From: Candidatus Dojkabacteria bacterium
GTDB taxonomy: Bacteria; Patescibacteriota; Dojkabacteria; SC72; JAFGCJ01
DNA length: 64,000 bases
Reading direction: 5' to 3'
Assembly: GCA_016932785.1 (NCBI GenBank)
Contig: JAFGCJ010000002.1
Location: 273,777 to 337,776 of the forward strand
Each line of letters starts with the position of its first letter. The stretch's first letter is position 1. The translations under genes were made by a program, and so were the position numbers. The notes beneath the pieces are model-generated. The model was not told the DNA's origin, made no database searches, and was given only the letters and a program-made list of their open reading frames with translations. This document shows positions 40,932 to 48,671 of the stretch, one piece after another.

Positions 40932-41014
40932 TCCAGGGGGCAGGATTCGAACCTGCGAAGCCTTTCAGCGTTGGATTTACAGTCCAATGCATTTGACCAC
41001 TCTGCCACCCCTGG
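40932..41014 (-). tRNA. tRNA-Tyr(GTA), C1:G72, long variable arm, CCA not encoded
   Basis: CCAGGGG-TGGCAGAGTGGTCAAATGC-A-TTGGA-CTGTAAA-TCCAA-CGCTGAAAGGCTTC-GCAGGTTCGAATCCTGC-CCCCTGG-A. Confidence 0.95.
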
Positions 41015-41017
41015 TAT

Positions 41018-41045
41018 GATGCCTGGCTTCGGCGATGCCTGACAT
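41018..41045. repeat. degenerate REP-like palindrome
   Basis: gatgcctggcttcggcgatgcctgacat resembles the 46123-46149 palindrome. Confidence 0.55.
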
Positions 41046-41227
41046 ATATAATCGAGACATAGCTCACAACCACTGGCCTTTACTTCATGAAGATGGAGGA
41101 AAAGGGTAAAACCCAAATGGCTGTGAGCTTTTTTATTGGAAGTAGACCTGGATCAAACGAGTGCCAAAGGCTAGCCTCTTTCCAGGTCTTTGGAGATCAC
41201 AATATTTGTTTAGCACAAGAGTGCTAA

Positions 41228-41251
41228 CTAGTTGTAATCACCGCGATACAC
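41228..41251 (-). CDS. putative 7-aa micro-ORF (fMYRGDYN)
   Basis: GGAGGTGA SD, 5 nt spacer, then GTG TAT CGC GGT GAT TAC AAC TAG. Confidence 0.4.
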   Translation of the reverse strand: MYRGDYN

Positions 41252-41372
41252 TACTATCACCTCCTCTATAAAGAACAGCGGTTATTTTAGGCCTTAATTC
41301 CAGATAATACTCCTGGTCGGCCACCGCTCAATAAATCCGTACAAAATTAACTTTTCATTAAGCGAAAGCCCA

Positions 41373-41400
41373 CCGGTGCCAGGCATAGCCTATGCCAGCA
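41373..41400. repeat. REP-like palindrome
   Basis: ccggtgccaggcatagcctatgccagca shares the GGCATAGnCTATGCC core with the RAYT flanks. Confidence 0.75.
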
Positions 41401-41480
41401 TATTCAATTCTGCGTCCATTCGGCATAACACAAATCTGCTCTTTAAGTATTTTTTGCTTTTAGCAGCGGTTTTGCCAAAT

Positions 41481-41829
41481 AAAAACGCCTTTACACAAAC
41501 CCGATCAGCTCGATCAGATTTATGCAAAGGCGTTCAGTAAACGCGGTACCACTTTGCTTTAGTCTATTGTCTTTTAACAATAAAAAAACACCACGGCGGG
41601 TGTTCGAAGTCAAGACAATAAACTCTTGTCCGGAGTGCTCTGACTTCTTTGCCGACACACTCTTTTCGCTGTCACGGGCGAAACCCGTCAATCTTTTAAC
41701 TGTAATAGTACAGTTTTTTGAGATGAAGCTCAGGAGGGTAATTCTGAAGTTTACTTGCGAAAGCCTTGCTCCAACCGGCTTTTCTCATTTGCCACAGAAA
41801 ACTTCTTACTATTTCTCCGTCAACGCTTT
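41481..41829 (-). promoter_or_regulatory. T-box riboswitch (Tyr specifier UAC) upstream of tRNA-Tyr/tyrS
   Basis: Minus strand AAGCAAAGTGGTACCGCG; full Stem I with AGUA, AG bulge and GAAU-UAC-C; terminator aacgcctttgc/gtaaaggcgttttt; TTGATA-17-TATAAT promoter. Confidence 0.9.
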
Positions 41830-42007
41830 TAAATGAACTAATTACATTATATCATAATTTTGTTTTTTTATCAAGGTTTTTATGCATTAAAACCCCATAA
41901 ACAAAGACAAATACTTAAAATTGACCCCAATCGAAAACACAAATATAATCGAAACATGGACTCAGTCTTTTTCAGATTTCACTACCTAATTTCATCTCTC
42001 CTCATAT

Positions 42008-44131
42008 ATGTCAGATTTAAAAGATAGTTCTTCGACACCCAAGTCAGAAGAAAACCAAACATCTTCTCCCAAAAAATCAGGGCGTGGGAAAACTGTTGTA
42101 ATAATCCTGCTGGTTTTAGCGATCATTCTTGTCTGTTGTGTTTCTGCAGGAATAATCGGATATATTATTTATAAAAATTCTGAAGGAGACGGTAAAAGCA
42201 CCTTTACTCCAAAAAAGTTTGACCTCACACTTAATGAAGTTCAACAGGAGGTTACACAGACTTTCGGTACGGACGCAGGAGAGATTGAAGTAACAGACAA
42301 TTCAAGCCCAATCTTTGGCACCAAGATTCAAATCGGGGAGAACTTCCTAGACGAAGAAGAACAAATATCGATAAGTTTCAGAGAGATCACGGACCTTGAT
42401 ATTCCCGATGATCTAAATGCTGTAAGTGATCTAATAGTACTTACAAAAACAAACCCAGATTTGATGTTTAATCATCCTGTAGCAGTCACCATTCCTTACG
42501 ACAAAACGGAAACAAAATACGGCGAGCTAATTGGAGCCTACGAATACGACGAAGATACAGGGACAATCGAATCTACAACACTACTTGAGCACGACCAGGA
42601 CAATGGAACTGTGACTTTTCTAACCTCACACTTTACTAATTTCTTCCTGATAGAACTTGAAAAAACGTGGAACGATATAAAGTCTGGAGAATATGACACA
42701 GGATTTCGACCAGTCAATGACGGTTGGTTTATAGAAAACTGGGGAGCATATATAACTGACCGAGGCAACTGTATCGGAATGTCCACAGTTGCAAAATATG
42801 TTTACTCCCATCAGGACTTGTTCGATGATGAGTTTTACGATGCTCTGCGAGAGGGTGATGTCGACGATCAGAAGGACGACAAGATTGCAAATGAGCTGGC
42901 AGCACGTGCCCAGCTATCACTAAGCAACAGATGGAACACAATTAAGCAGGATCTGGATAGATTCAGCAAACTTGAGCAACCATCTCCTTCAAGTTTTCAT
43001 GGCAAGGCTATACTAATGAATTTCTTCGTTACAGGAGAACCTCAGGTTTTGTACGTTATGAAATTTTGGAAAGAATACAAGACCGATGGCACATGGGTAT
43101 GGAAAACTGGAAGATATCACGCAATAATGACCTACAAATATGAAGGCGGAAAATTCGCCCTCTATGACCCCAACTTCCCCTATCGTAAAGGCAAAACCAG
43201 CTGGGACAACGAGGTAACCTATTCGTGGGATAAAGGATTCGGAGTCTACGATGACGGTTATGGAGGCTACAACTACTTCCGGCATATCGGGCCAAACCTG
43301 GTTATCCAAGACAGTTTAATTGCAGGCCTGATCGACAAAGCCAAGGGAGGATTCCAGGATGACGAATTCCCCGAAATCGAATTCTATTCCCCAGAGGATG
43401 GATCAACAGTAACCGGGAAATCTGTAGTAATAACAGGAAAAGTATCTGGTGGAAAATACGAAACCGAAGCCGGAGAAAAGTACATGCACTGGTATCACCA
43501 AAACGAAAAAGGCGGTATCCAATATGTCCGCGGACCGGTAAATGCAGATGGTACATTCAGTCAGGAACTACCAGTAGTACCAGGAAGCAATACTGTAAAC
43601 GTACTCCTAGCCGGCTCACAGCCAAATAAAGAATGGGCCGGATACGACTCTATTTCCTTTGATGCAACAGTAAAACCTGCCGACATGATTGTCACTCTGA
43701 CCTGGAGTAAAAACCAAAGCGATATTGACCTTCATGTCACAGATCCCCAGGGTAATCACGTTTGGTATAGCAACATGAACGCCCCTACTGGAGCTCAGTT
43801 GGACTTCGACAATACCTCAGGATATGGGCCGGAGCACTACACGATAAGCTCAGAAGAAGGAGACCAGATGCCATACGGTAATTACAAAGTGGATGTCGTT
43901 TACTATGCAGATCATGACGCAGACTACGATTCTACACAGCCCGTTCCCTGGACTATTACCGCACGATGGGTAAGCAGAATTCTTCCTGATACTCAAGAAA
44001 AAATATGGGAGAGCGTAACAAGATCTGGAGTTCTGACATCGGAAGGACAGACAACTGGAGCTTATACGATTAATTACGAAGAGCCTGCTACTGATGAAAT
44101 TGAAATCGTTGCAAATCCATTTGGGATATAG
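42008..44131 (+). CDS. membrane-anchored protein with ZU5-like and YfaP/DUF2135-like domains
   Basis: TM; FNHPVAVTIPY..TSHFT; VTLTW..DIDLHVTDP..GYGPEHY. Confidence 0.8.
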   Translation: MSDLKDSSSTPKSEENQTSSPKKSGRGKTVVIILLVLAIILVCCVSAGIIGYIIYKNSEGDGKSTFTPKKFDLTLNEVQQEVTQTFGTDAGEIEVTDNSSPIFGTKIQIGENFLDEEEQISISFREITDLDIPDDLNAVSDLIVLTKTNPDLMFNHPVAVTIPYDKTETKYGELIGAYEYDEDTGTIESTTLLEHDQDNGTVTFLTSHFTNFFLIELEKTWNDIKSGEYDTGFRPVNDGWFIENWGAYITDRGNCIGMSTVAKYVYSHQDLFDDEFYDALREGDVDDQKDDKIANELAARAQLSLSNRWNTIKQDLDRFSKLEQPSPSSFHGKAILMNFFVTGEPQVLYVMKFWKEYKTDGTWVWKTGRYHAIMTYKYEGGKFALYDPNFPYRKGKTSWDNEVTYSWDKGFGVYDDGYGGYNYFRHIGPNLVIQDSLIAGLIDKAKGGFQDDEFPEIEFYSPEDGSTVTGKSVVITGKVSGGKYETEAGEKYMHWYHQNEKGGIQYVRGPVNADGTFSQELPVVPGSNTVNVLLAGSQPNKEWAGYDSISFDATVKPADMIVTLTWSKNQSDIDLHVTDPQGNHVWYSNMNAPTGAQLDFDNTSGYGPEHYTISSEEGDQMPYGNYKVDVVYYADHDADYDSTQPVPWTITARWVSRILPDTQEKIWESVTRSGVLTSEGQTTGAYTINYEEPATDEIEIVANPFGI

Positions 44132-44186
44132 GACTGGAAGAACGAATTAATACGAATAAATCGGATAGCAATTCGAATTTGAAGCA

Positions 44187-44661
44187 GACAGCAAGTTGGT
44201 CGATAGAGGCACCGGGGGCAGAGTCGCCCTCTCACGTGTAAAGGGCGACCCCGCCGAAGGCGTGGAAACAGATAATTCATGGCCATGACTGGGCGGGCTG
44301 AATTTTTGTAATGACGCACGAGCCCTCTATCATTTCATGATCTGAAACTGATGAGGGACAGCTGAGTTCTCCAGTAAAGAGATTCTTTTCAGCACACCCG
44401 CTGTACGGAATAGAAAAACCCTCTGGAGATCTGTACAGAGCTTCAGCCTTGTAGTCACAGTCCACGGTCATGTTCTTATATACAAGCCCCCCCACTGCAA
44501 TCAGGAGCAACACAGCCAGTACCACCACTCCTGCTCTTCTTGCTACGATCCAGAATTTCATCTCCCTCACCTCCCAGACAAAAGTCCCTATCATCTCTGA
44601 TAGAGCTACATAAAAACACACAGTATTCTTATGAAGCCCTATCAGATCCCAACTTGCTGTC
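44187..44661. repeat. perfect 13-bp inverted repeat bracketing a gene (cassette C)
   Basis: gacagcaagttgg at 44187-44199 and ccaacttgctgtc at 44649-44661. Confidence 0.85.
44277..44561 (-). CDS. small orphan membrane-anchored protein with 4 Cys
   Basis: GGAGGTGA SD before ATG 44561; N-terminal TM; 94 aa. Confidence 0.65.
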   Translation of the reverse strand: MKFWIVARRAGVVVLAVLLLIAVGGLVYKNMTVDCDYKAEALYRSPEGFSIPYSGCAEKNLFTGELSCPSSVSDHEMIEGSCVITKIQPAQSWP

Positions 44662-44787
44662 AAAGAACGGGGCTTGAAGTCCGCAAGACCCGGAATTTGA
44701 GCCCAGAGACATTCGACCCTAAATTTTGGGCAAGATTATAGCACAAAGTGGAATCTAATAGGCAAATCTGTAAAACAAAGGATCCCC

Positions 44788-46077
44788 TTATATCAATCTG
44801 GCCGAAATTACCAACAATCCGACCAAAGCAATCAACCCCATTGCACTCGCCACCCTTGCATAGTATTTCTCCGAGCCGGAAACCCGCGCTATGAAAGCCT
44901 TAAACATACTGTTACTCGAAACAGCCATAACAATAGTAAGCCAAGCCAGACCACTAGACAAATCACCCGCCCTAAACTGCCTGGCCATTGAAAGAGTAAC
45001 AGCATCAACATCAGCAATTCCAGAAACAATACCTACAACAGCATAACCGAAAGAACTCAAGTTCATTCCGGCAAAAGCCCTTGTAATAAAAGAGATAACC
45101 GAATAGATCAACCCAAACATTATTGCAGGCCGAAGAGAAAGCGGACTACCGAGTTTTATCTCCGCCTCATTCTTATCCTCTGAACCTACCTCTGCCTTGT
45201 TTGACCACCTTGCCAAAACAGCAATACCAGCAAGAGACATCACTAGTATAGGAAGTGTATCTAACGACAACATGGAAAAATCCACAACCCAGACTTCAAG
45301 CATTACTCTGAAAAGCTTAACCACCGTCGCGGCGACTGCGGCAAAAGCATAGGCATCAACATATTTTGGGTTCTTCTTACTATCCTGAGCGGTCGACTGA
45401 GTAACTGCGGTACTACTTACCAAACCACCCAGAACCCCAGTCAAACCGATCCCATGCGCCCCACCTACCATCTTTGTAAGAACATAACCCACAAAACTCA
45501 CACCAGAAACGAAAATCACCATCAGCCATGTTTCGTACGGATTAAATGCGTCATTTACACCAAGTATTGCAAAATCCTTATTCGGCAATAACGGCAAAAT
45601 TACGAAAACCATGAAAACAAACTTAAGAGTGTCATACCACTCAATCTGCTTCGTCTTCTTCGCAAAACCATGCAGCAAGTCCTTTGCCGAAAGCAAAATA
45701 GCAAGTATAACCGAAAGAATTACTGCCAGATTCTGATAATCCTCTATCATCGAAACCGAAGATAAAACATAGACCAATAACACACTAAGCTCAGTAGTAA
45801 GCCCCATATACCCCTTCACAGCCGAAACATAATATGACGTGACGATTAAAATTATTATCCCGCCTAAAACAATATATATGAGAACAGGAAGATCATTCCG
45901 CTGCGCAATATACGATGTTATCGCTCCGAGAAGCGCAACTATTAAATACGTCCTGATACCAGCGAAACCCCGCTTCTTCTTACGCGTACCTTTCTGCTGG
46001 TATATCTCACGCTCAAGACCGACGAGACCACCGATTGCTACTGAAACAAGGAAGTTCGTAAGAAGAGACAGCTCCAT
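44788..46077 (-). CDS. MgtC/SapB + DUF4010 membrane protein
   Basis: GGLVGLERE, AGIRT, GLTTE, GGLVSSTAVT, DVDA. Confidence 0.9.
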   Translation of the reverse strand: MELSLLTNFLVSVAIGGLVGLEREIYQQKGTRKKKRGFAGIRTYLIVALLGAITSYIAQRNDLPVLIYIVLGGIIILIVTSYYVSAVKGYMGLTTELSVLLVYVLSSVSMIEDYQNLAVILSVILAILLSAKDLLHGFAKKTKQIEWYDTLKFVFMVFVILPLLPNKDFAILGVNDAFNPYETWLMVIFVSGVSFVGYVLTKMVGGAHGIGLTGVLGGLVSSTAVTQSTAQDSKKNPKYVDAYAFAAVAATVVKLFRVMLEVWVVDFSMLSLDTLPILVMSLAGIAVLARWSNKAEVGSEDKNEAEIKLGSPLSLRPAIMFGLIYSVISFITRAFAGMNLSSFGYAVVGIVSGIADVDAVTLSMARQFRAGDLSSGLAWLTIVMAVSSNSMFKAFIARVSGSEKYYARVASAMGLIALVGLLVISARLI

Positions 46078-46122
46078 AATGTACAAGCAGTTTAAATTAG
46101 GGCTATTAGATTGTAGCACAGG

Positions 46123-46149
46123 ATGTCAGGCATAGGCTATGCCTGACAT
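46123..46149. repeat. REP palindrome (left flank of RAYT, overlapping its stop codon)
   Basis: atgtcaggcatag-g-ctatgcctgacat. Confidence 0.85.
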
Positions 46150-46607
46150 AGAGTCTTTGTAAAATGAATGTATCGTGGATTAATGTATAACCACTTGTAA
46201 AAGGAAGGGTCGTATACATACCCTTCCTTGACCGGATTTCTCTCGATATACCTGATCAGCCTACGTAAACTGCTCTTTGTGAAAACAGATTTTGCTTGAT
46301 AACGCCCCTGAAAAGTATGCCCCACAAGCCTATATTTCAAATTGAAATATTTCGAATATGATGTTAAAAGTCTCTGCATAAGAATTGATATCTCATCGCC
46401 AAAACCCTGCCTAACAACCAAATGAAAATGATTATCCATAAGACAATATCCTATTAGCTCTATACCACAATCAAAGACAGTCCTCTTCAATTTACTAATA
46501 AAGAATAACCGGTCTATTCTCGACCGAAAAATCCTTTTTTTTCTATTACCACGATTGTATACATGATATATAACACCAGATTTATAGTCCCTCTTAACTC
46601 TATTCAT
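46137..46607 (-). mobile_element. REP-associated tyrosine transposase (RAYT, Y1/HUH, IS200-like)
   Basis: YHVYNRG, YCLMDNHFH (HUH), GHTFQGRY, RYIERNPV; REP palindromes on both sides. Confidence 0.9.
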
Positions 46608-46660
46608 AAAACCATTCTAAGGGCAAATTCTTAAGAATCCATTAACAAATATCCTTCCGG

Positions 46661-46686
46661 TGTCTGGCATAGGCTATGCCAGACAT
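46661..46686. repeat. REP palindrome (right flank of RAYT)
   Basis: tgtctggcatag-g-ctatgccagaca. Confidence 0.85.
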
Positions 46687-46747
46687 AAAAAGAGAAAGCC
46701 CCTTTCGAGGCCCTCTCTTTACACCACTTGAATAAAAGGAAATTTTC

Positions 46748-47014
46748 TTAGCTAACCCCTTCTTCTTGCTTTTTCTTTGCGGACAATGCAGCAAGTACAA
46801 GAATCAAAACAATCAATAAAACTAAGCAACAAACCAAACCGTAAGTAAGTCTTCCACCTTCAATCAAACGCTCAAAAAAGTTTTTCGTATCGTCATCGGT
46901 AGCACCAGAGACAGTCCCGTTATCTTTTGCAAAAACAACTGCCGACATGGCAATATTTCCAGAAACAAAGGCTTTACTAAAGGTTTCTTTAATTTTTGCT
47001 ACGATATTTTTCAT
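46748..47014 (-). CDS. small membrane protein
   Basis: C-terminal TM plus basic tail; terminator-like hairpin at about 46688-46720. Confidence 0.6.
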   Translation of the reverse strand: MKNIVAKIKETFSKAFVSGNIAMSAVVFAKDNGTVSGATDDDTKNFFERLIEGGRLTYGLVCCLVLLIVLILVLAALSAKKKQEEGVS

Positions 47015-47099
47015 GGTCTTTTTATAAAAACTTGGTTAAAATTGATTAACCTGTTAATATTTTACTATAGATATATTACAGGTGTCAATACTACAGGAT

Positions 47100-48617
47100 A
47101 TGCCAAAACAACAACCCGCCAACACTATAGGTGTAACAAGAAATCCTTTTACCAAGGTAACTTCCCTTGTTTTGACAATATCCGTTCTTATATACGGTTT
47201 AGTCGTTCGGATTGCAACAATAACCGATTTTAAAATATATAAAGATAGTTATAAATTTTTACTCCTTGCGAGAGCTTTTCAGCAGGGACAACCGATTTCG
47301 GAGATTTACCCAAATTATCCAGATTTCCTAGGCGTTGTTTTTTATAAGTGGCTTTACCCCTTCCTAATAGGGATTACAGCCCGAATCGTAGAGTTCTTCC
47401 AGTTTGACAAGGGGAATTTTCTAAGCAACAACTACTTTGAATATATAGCCAATGCAATAGTAATACTATCCTCAATCGCCACTCTATTTATTCTCTACAA
47501 GATCTGCAAGTCCTTGAAATTCACGAAAATACAGACATTAGGAACACTCATTCTATTCTGGCTTTCAGGAACTCAAATTATTTGGAATAGATTCATAATT
47601 ACAGATACACTGGCCGGCCTCATCGTGGCAATTGTCTTCTACATTTGGGTCAGAATTCTTGAAAATCCAAGAAAGCAAAGCCTAAAGACAAGAGTATCGC
47701 TTTGGTTATCATGTATTGCTGCGGCAATTTGCCGACCTGAACTTGCTGTTCTTTTAGTTTTTCCCATAGTTGTATCACTGCCTAATAACGCCACAACAAA
47801 ATCGGCGCTTACTTTTCACAAATGGACTAGAATATCATGGGGAGCATTTGTACTCATAACGGCAATCTCCTTTATTTTCTCAAAGATTTTTACAAGAAAT
47901 ATAAGTGGAGACATACTTCTATGGGGATTAATTGCCCTTCTTGCTGTTGATGTTTTCCTGAAGAAAACGGACAAATCGATTGTTATTCCAACATATGCTG
48001 CCCTGACAGTTGGAATACTTGAACTCATATATTTTCTATTCAATCCTTACATATCGAGATACATTGTAATTCTCATGCCACTCCTAACAATTCTCGGTGG
48101 GTATAGCCTAGGATTTACAATCAGGGACACCATTAAAAATTTAAACTCAGTACCCTCGAAACTACAGCGGTACATGGGTAAATCAGCGATCTTGGTCACA
48201 GCCGGAACTCTAATAGTAATTCAGTTTATATCGCCTTTTTTGGCAGGGCCCTCTGAAGAAAAAGACTATCAGGGAGAAGTAGCTGAAAAAGTCTGCGACT
48301 ACATAGACAAGGAAACCAAGAAAACTCCTGGTTCCATTGAGATTCTAGTTAAACAAGAGGAGGCATTCCTGTGGGAAGAAAAGTGTCATGACTACGACAT
48401 CCAGTATTATAAGGAAGGAATTCCTGAATCAGACGCCGACATGATATTTATCGTCTTCGAAAAGCACGCGATAAGTGATGTCGAGAGAGCAGCAATTATT
48501 GGTGATTACAAGGGTAATTTGTTCTACGAGATGTCTTTTGTTACTAAGGGGTTATATAGGGATGGTACGGTTGTTGAGAGTGATACTGAAGTTGAGGTTT
48601 TGGAGTTTGTGAGGTAG
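47100..48617 (+). CDS. multi-TM GT-C-like glycosyltransferase/membrane protein
   Basis: DSY..L.LA, YP, TD, RPE and RY motifs typical of GT-C folds. Confidence 0.6.
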   Translation: MPKQQPANTIGVTRNPFTKVTSLVLTISVLIYGLVVRIATITDFKIYKDSYKFLLLARAFQQGQPISEIYPNYPDFLGVVFYKWLYPFLIGITARIVEFFQFDKGNFLSNNYFEYIANAIVILSSIATLFILYKICKSLKFTKIQTLGTLILFWLSGTQIIWNRFIITDTLAGLIVAIVFYIWVRILENPRKQSLKTRVSLWLSCIAAAICRPELAVLLVFPIVVSLPNNATTKSALTFHKWTRISWGAFVLITAISFIFSKIFTRNISGDILLWGLIALLAVDVFLKKTDKSIVIPTYAALTVGILELIYFLFNPYISRYIVILMPLLTILGGYSLGFTIRDTIKNLNSVPSKLQRYMGKSAILVTAGTLIVIQFISPFLAGPSEEKDYQGEVAEKVCDYIDKETKKTPGSIEILVKQEEAFLWEEKCHDYDIQYYKEGIPESDADMIFIVFEKHAISDVERAAIIGDYKGNLFYEMSFVTKGLYRDGTVVESDTEVEVLEFVR

Positions 48618-48671
48618 AGGGGAAAGAATTCACACATAAACAATCTATATTTCACAGAAAGGAACAGCAAG

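Noticed and set aside
41491..41836. ORFs 41491-41691(-) and 41522-41836(+)
   Set aside because: They coincide with the Tyr T-box RNA structure.
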